From: an uncultured Nitrospiraceae bacterium
GTDB lineage: Bacteria; Nitrospirota; Thermodesulfovibrionia; Thermodesulfovibrionales; Dissulfurispiraceae
DNA: 64,000 nucleotides
Assembly (NCBI GenBank): GCA_963727805.1
Contig: CAVSHF010000003.1
Location: 608,001-672,000 of the forward strand
Direction of reading: 5' to 3'
The notes below the pieces were generated by a model. That model made no database searches. It was not told the DNA's origin and was given only the letters and a program-made list of their open reading frames with translations. The stretch's first letter is position 1, and every line of letters begins with the position of its first letter. Shown here in pieces: positions 21,403-31,738 of this stretch. Position numbers and translations under genes: made by a program.

Positions 21403-21645
21403 ATGAAAAGCACAATAGGATTTATCATTTTCGTGCTCATTATAGTATTAGTGTTATATTCGGTTTCCGGAAAACGTTATCCGCAAGTTCCCGGCGATGA
21501 CGTTCACAAGGTTCTGGAGATCAGCAACAGCGCAGCGTGTATGGAATGTCATGGTCCCGGCAAAAAGGCCGCACTCAAAGAGCACCATCCGCCCAAATTC
21601 GAATGCATTAAATGTCATAAGGAAGTGCAGAAGAGCGGAAACTAG
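21403..21645 (+). CDS. Small membrane-anchored diheme c-type cytochrome
   Basis: N-terminal hydrophobic helix; CMECH and CIKCH. Confidence 0.85.
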   Translation: MKSTIGFIIFVLIIVLVLYSVSGKRYPQVPGDDVHKVLEISNSAACMECHGPGKKAALKEHHPPKFECIKCHKEVQKSGN

Positions 21646-21677
21646 ATATATTTATATGTATAGAGCAAAGGAGAGTC

Positions 21678-24344
21678 ATGCAAAAAAGAATAGTTGGCAT
21701 TTTGCTTTTGATACTTTCGGTCCATTTTCTAAATGTCTCTTGTCTTCAAGCTGAAACAAGCGAGAGCATCATCCGATCAACGCTTAAAAATGGTCTTCGG
21801 GTAGTTATCGTCAAGAACGAGCTTGCACCAGTGGTGACCGTTCAAATAAATTATCTGGTCGGGGCCAATGATGATCCTCATGGGTTCCCTGGCACAGCCC
21901 ATGCCCAGGAACATATGATGTTCCGCGGAAGTCCAGGCTTGTCGGCCGCTCAAATGTCTGCAATAATCGCCAATTTGGGTGGCGAATTCAATGCCAACAC
22001 TCAGCAGACCATAACACAATATTCATTGACGGTCCCTGACGCCGACCTCGACGTGGCGCTGCATGTTGAGGCAGTTCGCATGCGAGGGGTTCTGGACTCT
22101 CAGACGCTTTGGCAGCAAGAACGCGGTGCAATTGAGCAGGAAGTTGCTCAGGACATTTCAAATCCTGAGTATGTTTATTACACAAAGCTTCGCACAGAGA
22201 TGTTTCATGATACGCCATATGCTCACGACGCACTAGGCACGCGAGCATCGTTTGACAAAATGACTGGTGGAACGCTCAAAAAGTTTCACAAGCGATGGTA
22301 TGGACCCCACAACGCCATTTTGGTCATCGTCGGCAATGTCGAACCTGAAAAGACACTAAAAAAGGTGAAGAGGCTTTTCGAGGCCATCCCCGCCAGAACT
22401 GTACCGCCACATCCTAGAGTCCAACTAAAGCCGATGAGGGCTGCGACGATCAACCTCGAAACCGATCTTCCATATGGCTTAGCTATTTTGACTTACCGTC
22501 TACCCGGATACGAAAGCCCTGATTATGCAGCCGGCCAAATACTCGGCGACATTTTGGAAAGCAAGCGGGGCAACATTTACGCCTTGGTGCCACAGGGCAA
22601 GGCGCTTTCAATCGAAGTCAACATTGAGACGCTTCCCAAGGCTGCGATAGGCTACGTAGCGGCGGCATACCCGAAGGGGGACGAGGGGAATAAACTTATC
22701 TTGACGATGAAGGACATTATAGATGAGTACTCGCAAAATGGTTTCCCATCAGAGTTGGTAGAAGCGGCAAAGCACCTCGAGATCGCAAATAACGAACTAC
22801 AGAAAAATTCTGTAGAAGGTCTTGCGTCATTGTGGTCGCAGACACTTGCTATAGAGGGTCGCAGATCCCCTGAAGAAGATATTGATGAGATCAAGAAAGT
22901 TACTGTTGAGGATGTAAATCGCGTCGCGAAAACTTACTTTGCCAATGACACAGCAATTACTGCGGTACTTGAGCCCCACGTATCTGGTAAAGCAGTCCCT
23001 TCGGCAAGCGCAATGGGAAAGGAATCATTTGTTTCGAGACAGACAAGGCATGTGAAGTTACCGTCATGGGCAAAAAATGCTGATTCAATACCTGCCTTGC
23101 CCACTTCGAAGTTAAATCCTGAAGTAACAATTCTGTCCAATGGAATGCGACTGATCATATTGCCTGAAAATGTGAGCGACTCAGTCAGCGTTTACGGGAA
23201 GATCAAAAATAACCCGGAGATGCAGGCTCCTGAGGGACAGGACGGGGTTGACCGTGTTCTTAACAGCCTTTTTTCTCATGGCACAAAAACGCTGGACCGC
23301 CTTGCATTTCAGAAGGCATTGGACGATATCGCGGCTAAGGAATCAGCTGGGAGCAGTTTTTCGTTGGAAGTATTGGCGAATAACTTCGACAAAGGAATCC
23401 AGTTATTGGCAGATAATATGCTCCATCCGGCACTTCCTGAGGACGCTTTCCGTGTTGTGCAACAGGAGACTAGCGGTGAACTATCAGGGCTTCTTCAGAG
23501 TCCCTCCTACTTGTCCAAGCGCGCCATGATCAATGCACTATATCCTAAAGATGATCCGACACTGCGACAAGCCACAATGGACACTGTCGCTAAGCTTACG
23601 CTTGATGACGTAAGGAATTATTATTTGAAGGTTTTCAGGCCAGACATGACGACCATCGTCATCATAGGCCGGGTAACGCCTGATCAAGCCAAGTCAGTTA
23701 TATTGAAATATTTCGGCAACTGGAAGGCGGAAGGACCAAAGCTGGACACGGATCTTCCTTCCGTCCCACCCAATAAGTCATCCTCAGCGGTAATTCCTGA
23801 CGCAAGTCGGGTTCAGGATGACGTAACTCTGGCTGAGACGCTTAGACTCACACGTTTGGATCCAGATTATTATACGTTGCAGGTCGGCCGCCATGTGCTA
23901 TCGGGAGCATTTTATGCAACCAGACTTTATCAGGACCTTAGGGAACGCACAGGGCTTGTTTATTCGGTAGAAGCAGTGCTTGAGGCTGGCAAACATCGTT
24001 CTCTATTTGGTGTTATTTATGCCTCGGATCCGCAAAATGTTGCTAAAGCGCGCGCCATCGTTGAGCATAATCTTACAGAAATGCAGACAAAACTGGTCTC
24101 TCCAATGGAACTTCGCCAGGCTAAGACTCTCCTTATCCGACAAATTTCCCTTTCGGAGGCCAGCGTTAAAAGCATCGCCGCAAGGCTGCTACAGTACTCG
24201 ATGGCAGACCTGCCCCTTGATGAACATGTGCAAGCAGCAAAACGCTATATGGACATTACTGCTTCAGATGTAAGATTGGCTTTTACCAAATGGATACGGC
24301 TTGATGACCTTGTTCAGATTACGGTCGGGCCGAATCCTGAGTAA
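21678..24344 (+). CDS. M16 family (pitrilysin-like) zinc peptidase
   Basis: Signal peptide; inverted zinc motif HAQEH; two-lobed M16 architecture. Confidence 0.93.
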   Translation: MQKRIVGILLLILSVHFLNVSCLQAETSESIIRSTLKNGLRVVIVKNELAPVVTVQINYLVGANDDPHGFPGTAHAQEHMMFRGSPGLSAAQMSAIIANLGGEFNANTQQTITQYSLTVPDADLDVALHVEAVRMRGVLDSQTLWQQERGAIEQEVAQDISNPEYVYYTKLRTEMFHDTPYAHDALGTRASFDKMTGGTLKKFHKRWYGPHNAILVIVGNVEPEKTLKKVKRLFEAIPARTVPPHPRVQLKPMRAATINLETDLPYGLAILTYRLPGYESPDYAAGQILGDILESKRGNIYALVPQGKALSIEVNIETLPKAAIGYVAAAYPKGDEGNKLILTMKDIIDEYSQNGFPSELVEAAKHLEIANNELQKNSVEGLASLWSQTLAIEGRRSPEEDIDEIKKVTVEDVNRVAKTYFANDTAITAVLEPHVSGKAVPSASAMGKESFVSRQTRHVKLPSWAKNADSIPALPTSKLNPEVTILSNGMRLIILPENVSDSVSVYGKIKNNPEMQAPEGQDGVDRVLNSLFSHGTKTLDRLAFQKALDDIAAKESAGSSFSLEVLANNFDKGIQLLADNMLHPALPEDAFRVVQQETSGELSGLLQSPSYLSKRAMINALYPKDDPTLRQATMDTVAKLTLDDVRNYYLKVFRPDMTTIVIIGRVTPDQAKSVILKYFGNWKAEGPKLDTDLPSVPPNKSSSAVIPDASRVQDDVTLAETLRLTRLDPDYYTLQVGRHVLSGAFYATRLYQDLRERTGLVYSVEAVLEAGKHRSLFGVIYASDPQNVAKARAIVEHNLTEMQTKLVSPMELRQAKTLLIRQISLSEASVKSIAARLLQYSMADLPLDEHVQAAKRYMDITASDVRLAFTKWIRLDDLVQITVGPNPE

Positions 24345-24417
24345 GCAGATGTATTAGAGACGGTGACTATGTTTGTACTGTTGTACGATCTGTTATTTAT
24401 ATCGGTGGCCGTGTTTA

Positions 24418-24960
24418 ATGCCTTTGCTTTTGATAATAGTAGGTCTTATCGGTGCCGGATGTACACATCGAGGAGTTGTCCAGAATGAGGCTCCTGCTCC
24501 AAAGGCTGCACCAGCGCCTGCCGTAGTAAAGAAACCCAGCTCTGCACCAACGGCTGAGAAGGTTAACCCGCAAGAAAATATACGAGAAAGGGAACTGACA
24601 GATACGCAGCGTTTGAAGAACGAGCTACAATCAAAGCTAAAGGATATTCATTTTAATTTTGACAAGTCTGACCTGGAAGGTGACGCAAAACCACTTCTTA
24701 GAGATATAGCGAATATCCTTATGAAATATCAGAAACTGGAGCTTATCATTGAAGGTAATTGCGATGATCGAGGGACCAGGGAGTATAACCTGGCTCTTGG
24801 AGACAAAAGAGCAAACTCCGCCAAACAATACCTGATATCAGTCGGCGTCCCTTCAGCAAACATTGAAACTGTCAGCTACGGAAAGCAAAAGCCCATCTGC
24901 ACGCAAAGCACGGAAGAGTGCCGGGCAAAAAATAGGAGAGACCACTTTGTTCTAAAGTAG
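24418..24960 (+). CDS. pal: Peptidoglycan-associated lipoprotein (OmpA-like domain)
   Basis: Lipobox-like GAGC; IHFNFDKS, EGNCDDRGTREYNLALGDKRA, SYGK, KNRR. Confidence 0.88.
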   Translation: MPLLLIIVGLIGAGCTHRGVVQNEAPAPKAAPAPAVVKKPSSAPTAEKVNPQENIRERELTDTQRLKNELQSKLKDIHFNFDKSDLEGDAKPLLRDIANILMKYQKLELIIEGNCDDRGTREYNLALGDKRANSAKQYLISVGVPSANIETVSYGKQKPICTQSTEECRAKNRRDHFVLK

Positions 24961-24997
24961 AGTGGATCACATTCCACTAGTTCACACATGCTGCTTA

Positions 24998-25031
24998 TAT
25001 CAGGCCTGCATTTGATAAGGCAGGCCTGATA
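24998..25031. terminator. Hairpin downstream of pal
   Basis: TATCAGGCCTGC / GCAGGCCTGATA 12-bp stem. Confidence 0.5.
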
Positions 25032-25102
25032 CTGCTGACCAACTGCCTCAAGAAATGTTTCATAAAACATATCAGCTCTGCAGAAGCATGCGAGGCTAGA
25101 CG

Positions 25103-25255
25103 TCATCGCTCATGTCGTGGGAGCAGAAGTGACAAAACGCTTCCAATCAGCATAACACTCGCCAATGTGTAATACGATGAGATATGTCCTACAGGGTACA
25201 GCAGATTACTAACATTTACAGCAGCCCATGACAGACCATCTATGTACTCAACCAT
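25103..25255 (-). CDS. Possible small membrane protein (50 aa)
   Basis: GGGAGGTG RBS; MVEYIDGLSWAAVNVSNLLYPVGHISSYYTLASVMLIGSVLSLLLPRHER. Confidence 0.4.
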   Translation of the reverse strand: MVEYIDGLSWAAVNVSNLLYPVGHISSYYTLASVMLIGSVLSLLLPRHER

Positions 25256-25589
25256 GACTCACCTCCCGATTGCCAATTAACTCATATTTTATTTTGTGTC
25301 TTGCGACTTGATGCCTTATGCTGTAAATGCAAATAGTATGCCATGGCCGATTACATTGATGATATTTCAGAGAATCAATTGCATCAAGCATTCTGGAGGA
25401 AGAGATGTTCTGTCGCGGTCACGATGTTATCTTCATTATTGTAGATTTTACTTCATTTATGTCTCTTTTGCTAACCATGAAGTTTATCAGCGTTGGATTC
25501 ACTGAATAGTTTGCTACGCAGCAATAACCCACAATCACACCTATAGCTGAATTTTACCGCGAGTTACCGCCCATGTGAGTTTACCCAAT

Positions 25590-25622
25590 AAAGAAGCAAG
25601 GCTTTGCCTGCCTTGCTTCTTT
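25590..25622 (-). terminator. Intrinsic terminator of the protease operon
   Basis: AAAGAAGCAAGGC / GCCTTGCTTCTTT stem just after the stop codon. Confidence 0.7.
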
Positions 25623-25648
25623 GATAATGCTGATACTAAGCTGCTTAT

Positions 25649-28219
25649 TTATTTTACTATGGGCTCGTCGCCAGTCATGCCAAAAGTTATGCAGGCTTCC
25701 TTTGTCGGATCATTAGGCGCTCCGCAACCACTCCAGGTGCCCGTAGCAGGGTACGTCCCTGGGTAGTCAAGATACCACGTCCCATTTCTGAATACTCCAA
25801 TCTTGATTGTCCCGCTTCCATTCCAGTCAGCAACAACGGGAATATCGCCAGCAATCCCAAAAGGTATACAGGCATCTTTCGTCGGATCCCCAGGCGCTCC
25901 ACAGCCAACCCATGTGCCCGTCCCAGGGTACGTCCCTGGGTAGTCAAGATACCACGTCCCGTTTCTGAATACTCCAATCTTGGACTTGCCATCTGCACTG
26001 CCGTTCCAGTTGCCTACAACCGGGATATCGCCAGCTATTCCAAAAATTATGCAGGCTTCCTTTGTCGGATCACTAGGCGCTCCGCAACCACTCCATGTGC
26101 CCGTCCCAGGGTACGTCCCTGGGTAGTCAAGATACCACGTCCCGTTTCTGAATACTCCAATCTTGGACATGCCATCTGCACTGCCGTTCCAGTTGCCCAC
26201 AACCGGGATATCGCCAGCCATACCGAAAGATATACAGGCATCTTTCGTCGGATCCCCAGGCGCTCCGCAGCCAACCCATGTGCCCGTCCCAGGGTAGTCA
26301 AGATACCACATCCCGTTTCTAAAAATACCTGCTTTCTTCGTCCCAGATCCGTCCCAATCACCCATAACAGGGACATCGCCAGCCATCCCCCAGGACATAA
26401 CTGCGTCTACATTTGAATCCCATATGCCATTTTGATTAGTATCTATATACCATGACCCGTTCCTGAATACTCCGATTGACACAAGATCAGGAGTGCCGGT
26501 AACGTGGAAATTCGCAGCGACTGCCTTGGCCGTATTCATAGTTTTGGTGCAGGTTGCCGCAGTAACTGTCCCTCCTGTTGAATCGCATCCGCTCCATGTA
26601 ACGGTAGATCCCGTGGATGTGGTAGCTGTAAGTATTATCGCAGTCCCATAATTCAGCATTGTGGACTTGTTGTTAGCTGCAGGATAGGAGAAACTGATGC
26701 TACCCACGTTCGATGATGCCGTTCCTGACCCGTTACCAGCCGCATTAACTGTTAGGCTGTATTGGTTCAGGGTAAATATTGCCGTAACATTCTTTGCGGC
26801 ATTAATACTGTTAATGACGCAGGTCGCAGCCGTTGATGTACCCCCTGTTGTATCGCAGTTACCCGACCATGAAACCGAAGAGCCTGCGGCAGCAGTTGCC
26901 GTTAGCGTTATTGCCGTTCCATAGTTCAGAGTTGCAGACCCTGTATTGACAGTCGAATATGTGTAACTGATTCCTCCCGCATTCGACGAGATCGTTCCTG
27001 ACCCGTTACCAGCTGCATTGACTGTTAGGCCGTATTGGTTCAGAGTGAAAGTTGCCGTAACATTCCCGGCGGCGGACATTGTCACCGTACATGTGCCGGT
27101 TCCTGAACACCCCTCTCCCGACCAACCGGTGAAAGTCGAGCCCGTTGTCGCGTTGGCCGTCAACGTTACTGATGTACTGTCAACGTATGAAGCCGTGCCG
27201 GTATTGCCGCTCCAATTAATCAATCCCGTATTCGGCATAACACTTCCGCTGCCGGTACCTGACTTAGTGACAGTGAGATTATATAGTACCGCTGGATTCA
27301 CGGCATTGCCATATACATATGTCCAATATCCAAATTGAACCAGGTCAGTCATTTCACTGTAGGCAATCCTGAAGAAACCAGACTCTCCCCAGCTTGTTCC
27401 CCAACTATTCTTTACTATCAAATATTGTCCGGCATCATTATATCCAACAACTAATATGGCATGACTGCCCGCAACGTCGGTCACTGTCCGCGTGTATATG
27501 CCGCTTTTGTAAGAAAAAAAATCGTTATATACTACCATCGTACCGACTACCGGCCCATTTGTGCTGATCGCATTTTTTAAAGAATCTATAGAAGGTGCTA
27601 CAAGGTAGGACCAATTTGAGATTTTATAGCTTGAATTTTGCCTGTTCGCACATGCATTAGAGCATACTCCATCGGCAGCAGTATACGGATAGCATGTCTC
27701 AGGAGGAAGCCCGGTGCTGACTATATAGTCGGATGCAGAGCTTGGATACCCACCAGCTTCACAATTGCCCGCGCCGCTGCAGGAGAGCAATACTTGCTCT
27801 GACAGATTGACGTCGACTCCAGGCTCGGAATTCTTGATCAATACCTTTGACTCCAGAGCTGCTGTCGTCGCAAAGGCCCAACATGACCCGCAGTTGCCCT
27901 GATCCCGCACCGGCGTTACATAATTCCCGCCGTTGCTTCTCCAATCGAGTGCTGCGGGTGCTGAAGAGGGAACCTCGGCAAAGGCTATGGCCCCCTGGGG
28001 TATTTCACTGGGGAATACAGCCCCGAGGCGCCTACGTCTATCTTCGGAGGATAACCTTGACATAGACGTCTCGCCTGCCGTCCACTGCGCATTACTGTTG
28101 CTTATTGCCTGTTGTATAGTGGCAAGTTCATCGGCATTCGATAGCAAAGGCGACAGGATAGAAGACATAAATACCGCGAAAAAAACTGCTTTCACATATC
28201 CCTTTGCGTTTATATACAT
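25649..28219 (-). CDS. Secreted papain-family (C1A) cysteine protease with InlB-B-like beta repeats and C-terminal 61-aa repeats
   Basis: QGNCGSCWAF, GSHAILVVGY, KNSWG catalytic motifs; LTV..GNGSG..TLTAT..WSG.C repeats; tail homologous to 18665-20335. Confidence 0.94.
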   Translation of the reverse strand: MYINAKGYVKAVFFAVFMSSILSPLLSNADELATIQQAISNSNAQWTAGETSMSRLSSEDRRRRLGAVFPSEIPQGAIAFAEVPSSAPAALDWRSNGGNYVTPVRDQGNCGSCWAFATTAALESKVLIKNSEPGVDVNLSEQVLLSCSGAGNCEAGGYPSSASDYIVSTGLPPETCYPYTAADGVCSNACANRQNSSYKISNWSYLVAPSIDSLKNAISTNGPVVGTMVVYNDFFSYKSGIYTRTVTDVAGSHAILVVGYNDAGQYLIVKNSWGTSWGESGFFRIAYSEMTDLVQFGYWTYVYGNAVNPAVLYNLTVTKSGTGSGSVMPNTGLINWSGNTGTASYVDSTSVTLTANATTGSTFTGWSGEGCSGTGTCTVTMSAAGNVTATFTLNQYGLTVNAAGNGSGTISSNAGGISYTYSTVNTGSATLNYGTAITLTATAAAGSSVSWSGNCDTTGGTSTAATCVINSINAAKNVTAIFTLNQYSLTVNAAGNGSGTASSNVGSISFSYPAANNKSTMLNYGTAIILTATTSTGSTVTWSGCDSTGGTVTAATCTKTMNTAKAVAANFHVTGTPDLVSIGVFRNGSWYIDTNQNGIWDSNVDAVMSWGMAGDVPVMGDWDGSGTKKAGIFRNGMWYLDYPGTGTWVGCGAPGDPTKDACISFGMAGDIPVVGNWNGSADGMSKIGVFRNGTWYLDYPGTYPGTGTWSGCGAPSDPTKEACIIFGIAGDIPVVGNWNGSADGKSKIGVFRNGTWYLDYPGTYPGTGTWVGCGAPGDPTKDACIPFGIAGDIPVVADWNGSGTIKIGVFRNGTWYLDYPGTYPATGTWSGCGAPNDPTKEACITFGMTGDEPIVK

Positions 28220-28220
28220 G

Positions 28221-28802
28221 TCACCTCTCCTTATCAGCCGTTAATGAAATATCTATCTGTATATTGAAAAGATCGCCAGGCCGGTCCTTGCCCTCCCAAC
28301 TTCTGTACAGACCCATGATCACTTCGGTTACCCCACATCTTTGCGCTCTCAAATACCACTTTTTCACAACAGGTTGTCCCACCTTGTCACGGTCGGTTTG
28401 AGTACCTATTGTTTCTTCCTTTATGAGTTCCAGATATTGCTGATCCAGTTTTGCAACCGACCATTCGTATCCAGTGCCGGCGGGAGTACTCAACTCTATT
28501 TCAATAATGCTGCCTATTGATATGGAGATGCTTCTGCCGTTGTCATTTTTAGTCAACTTCATTTTTTCAGCATCTCCGATTATTGAACTTGCGGCATGGG
28601 ATGTTGTCGTACAACACACGCAAAACAAAAAAATAATCACAAACAGCACATACGGTGAAAAGACGGAACTGGACGGATGCCCCCCCGTTGAGACCCCGTT
28701 CGTTAGGGTTATCCTTCTGGGGAAAAAAGATACCAATTGGAGGCGCCGCAAATAAAATTCCCATGCAACGGTATCCGACATGTTATCAATTACATCCTTC
28801 AC
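28221..28802 (-). CDS. Chagasin-family (I42) cysteine protease inhibitor; start uncertain
   Basis: LTKNDNGRSISISIG..IEIEL.TPAGTGYEW, VG, YRSWE loops; hydrophobic export segment. Confidence 0.82.
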   Translation of the reverse strand: MKDVIDNMSDTVAWEFYLRRLQLVSFFPRRITLTNGVSTGGHPSSSVFSPYVLFVIIFLFCVCCTTTSHAASSIIGDAEKMKLTKNDNGRSISISIGSIIEIELSTPAGTGYEWSVAKLDQQYLELIKEETIGTQTDRDKVGQPVVKKWYLRAQRCGVTEVIMGLYRSWEGKDRPGDLFNIQIDISLTADKER

Positions 28803-29108
28803 TAAAAGACATTTTAAAACTCTCCTGTAATTTCAAAACACATTAATACCCAACAACAAGAAAAGTTAGTCCTTCTTAAGCATTATTGATGGACATATCT
28901 TGACGTAGTTATTGTCCCCTCAATTACTCTGCAAAGCTTTGCCCCTCTGAGTTAATAATGACACAGTATATTTATGTCTACAGTGACACACGTCACAGAC
29001 AAAAGAAACAGAATTCTCCCCTATCATGCTATGCAGACGGAAATGAAGCACTGGTAGGGTTAAATCGGCAATATTGCAGTCAACCGTCAATAAGGAATAA
29101 ATAACGCA

Positions 29109-29135
29109 GGGGCATTCCCTGACAGGGAATGCCCC
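29109..29135 (-). terminator. Terminator hairpin after clpC
   Basis: GGGGCATTCCCT / AGGGAATGCCCC stem. Confidence 0.7.
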
Positions 29136-29165
29136 CTTGATACAAGAATTGTTCCCAGCTTACGA

Positions 29166-31616
29166 TCAGTTGATTAAAGCGAGTACCGACTCCGGCGCTT
29201 CAGTTAATTGAAGAACACCATCCTGAAGGTCCACATTGACCACCGGACAGTCCTTGAACCTGCCCTTCAGGAGCTCTTCCGAAAGTGGATCCTCAATCTC
29301 CTTGTAGATGGCCCGTCTCATCGGTCGCGCTCCATAGACCGGCTGATAATATTTGTTGAGAAGCCATTCTTTGACTTCAGCAGATACATTAAGCGTCAGT
29401 GAGTATTCTATCAACTTCCTGTTCGTCTCCTCGATGAGCAGGTCGATAATCGACAGCAAATGCATTTTTTCGAGAGTGTGGAACACGACGATCTCGTCGA
29501 CGCGGTTCAGGAACTCAGGATTAAATGTCTTCTTCAGCTCTGACAGCACGTTATCCTTCATCTTGTCATAGATGTTCTCTCCTGTCGCACGGTAAAACCC
29601 GAGCGGTGTTGCCTTCTCGATAATCCGTGCGCCGAGGTTCGAAGTCATAATGATAATTGTATTTCTGAAATCAACCTGTCTACCATAGCTGTCCGTCAGT
29701 ACCCCCTCGTCGAGAATCTGGAGCAGGATATTGAAGACCTCCGGATGTGCTTTTTCGATCTCGTCAAAGAGTATGACTGAATAAGGCCTCTTTCTTACCT
29801 TCTCGGTCAATTGCCCACCCTCTTCATACCCGACATACCCCGGAGGGGCTCCGGTAAGACGCGAGACGGTGAATTTCTCCATGTATTCGGACATGTCTAT
29901 CTTCACCAGTGCTTTTTGGTCATTGAACATGAATTCCGCCAGGGCTTTCGCGAGCTCTGTTTTGCCGACCCCAGTCGGTCCGAGAAAGAAAAATGACCCG
30001 ATAGGCCTGTTCTTGCTCTTGAGTCCCACTCTTGAACGGCGAATGGCCTTAGAAACCGCATTGATCGCGAGATCCTGCCCGACAATCCTCGTATGGATGA
30101 TTTCCTCCATCTTCAGAAGTTTTTCGGTCTCGGTCTCTTCCAACTTATAGAGAGGGATGCCGGTCATTTTGGAGACGGTGTATGCTACATCCTCTTCTCC
30201 CACCGAAGGAATTTCATTCGTCAGAGAATCCTTCCATTTTTTGAACTGAATCTCATAGGCCTTCTTTAACAGATCCTCTTGAGTCCTGATCCTCTGGGCC
30301 TTATCGATGTCGTGCAGCCTGACATAGAGGGTCTTCTCTTTGGAAAGCTGCATGAGTTCGTTTTCCATGTCCCTTAACTCCTGGGGCATGGTCGATTTTT
30401 TCAACTTAATCCTCGAACTCGTCTCGTCAATAACGTCGATTGCCTTGTCAGGAAGATACCTGTCGGTAATGTACCGGTCCGAAAACTTCACCGCAGCTGT
30501 CATCGACTCATCGGTTATCTTTACCTTATGGTGCTCCTCATACTTATGACAGACGCCCCTCAGAATGGCGATGGTCGTTTCACTGTCGGTCGGCTGCACA
30601 TGGATTGGCTGGAATCTCCTCTCAAGTGCTCCATCTTTTTCTATATGTTTACGAAACTCATCCGGAGTGGTAGCGCCGATGCACTGGAGCTCTCCCCGCG
30701 CAAGAGCCGGTTTTAGCATGTTCGAGGCATCGACAGAACCCTCGGCAGCACCTGCCCCGATAATAGTGTGAAATTCGTCTATAAAGAGGATAATGTTTTC
30801 CGACTGAAGAATCTCCCTCATCACAGCTTTGAGTCGTTCTTCAAACTGACCACGGTACTTCGTCCCGGCAATAAGGGCACCAAGATCAAGAGCGATTATC
30901 CTCCTTCCGAGCAGGATATCGGGAACATCGCCAAGCACTATTTTCTGCGCCAACCCTTCTACGATGGCGGTCTTGCCGACACCGGGCTCTCCGATAATGG
31001 CCGGATTATTTTTGAGTCTCCTGCCCAGTACCTGGATGACGCGTTCAATTTCTTCATCCCTGCCGATAACAGGGTCCAACTTTCCTTCCGCCGCAAGCAT
31101 CGTAAGGTCACGGCCAAACTCGTCGAGTGCAGGAGTTGTAGTTTTTCTCTTCTCCTTCTGCTGGGCATTCTGAAACTGAGGCTTGATCGAGAGATTGATT
31201 GTCAGCTGCCTGGCCCCTAACAGATTAGCGCCGAGGTTCCTCAGTATCTTGCCGGCTATGCCCTCGTCTTCCCTGATAAGGCCCAATAACAGGTGCTCGC
31301 TACTAATATAGGCATGACCGAGAAGCCGTGCCTCTTCGATCGCAAGCTCAAGCACCTTTTTAGCACGAGGCGTAAAAGGGATGTCTCCGAAAGTCATGAG
31401 ATTGTTGCCCACAGGTAGACTTTTTTCGACCTCATACCGTACTTCCTCTATTGACAGACCCATTTTCTTGAGGATGGTAATCGGAACCCCGTCTTCCTCG
31501 CGCAGTATGGCCAAAACAAGATGCTCCGTACCGAGATAGTCGTTGCTCCTCTTTTCGGCCTCTTCCTTCGCATATATGATTATCTTTCTTCCCTTTTCAG
31601 TGAACTTTTCAAACAT
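29166..31616 (-). CDS. clpC: ATP-dependent Clp protease ATPase subunit ClpC
   Basis: Clp N-domain; GEPGVGKT and GPTGVGKT Walker A motifs; [13 protein letters not shown]. Confidence 0.93.
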   Translation of the reverse strand: MFEKFTEKGRKIIIYAKEEAEKRSNDYLGTEHLVLAILREEDGVPITILKKMGLSIEEVRYEVEKSLPVGNNLMTFGDIPFTPRAKKVLELAIEEARLLGHAYISSEHLLLGLIREDEGIAGKILRNLGANLLGARQLTINLSIKPQFQNAQQKEKRKTTTPALDEFGRDLTMLAAEGKLDPVIGRDEEIERVIQVLGRRLKNNPAIIGEPGVGKTAIVEGLAQKIVLGDVPDILLGRRIIALDLGALIAGTKYRGQFEERLKAVMREILQSENIILFIDEFHTIIGAGAAEGSVDASNMLKPALARGELQCIGATTPDEFRKHIEKDGALERRFQPIHVQPTDSETTIAILRGVCHKYEEHHKVKITDESMTAAVKFSDRYITDRYLPDKAIDVIDETSSRIKLKKSTMPQELRDMENELMQLSKEKTLYVRLHDIDKAQRIRTQEDLLKKAYEIQFKKWKDSLTNEIPSVGEEDVAYTVSKMTGIPLYKLEETETEKLLKMEEIIHTRIVGQDLAINAVSKAIRRSRVGLKSKNRPIGSFFFLGPTGVGKTELAKALAEFMFNDQKALVKIDMSEYMEKFTVSRLTGAPPGYVGYEEGGQLTEKVRKRPYSVILFDEIEKAHPEVFNILLQILDEGVLTDSYGRQVDFRNTIIIMTSNLGARIIEKATPLGFYRATGENIYDKMKDNVLSELKKTFNPEFLNRVDEIVVFHTLEKMHLLSIIDLLIEETNRKLIEYSLTLNVSAEVKEWLLNKYYQPVYGARPMRRAIYKEIEDPLSEELLKGRFKDCPVVNVDLQDGVLQLTEAPESVLALIN

Positions 31617-31738
31617 ATGCTTGTCTCCTCAAAGCCTTTTTCTCCTAATAAAAGTTTACTCGCTTTACCCGGCGCTTGTCAAATAATGGCGCCAAATTTT
31701 AGCTTGTATCGTCGTTCCTGCATTGGTTATTCTAACGT

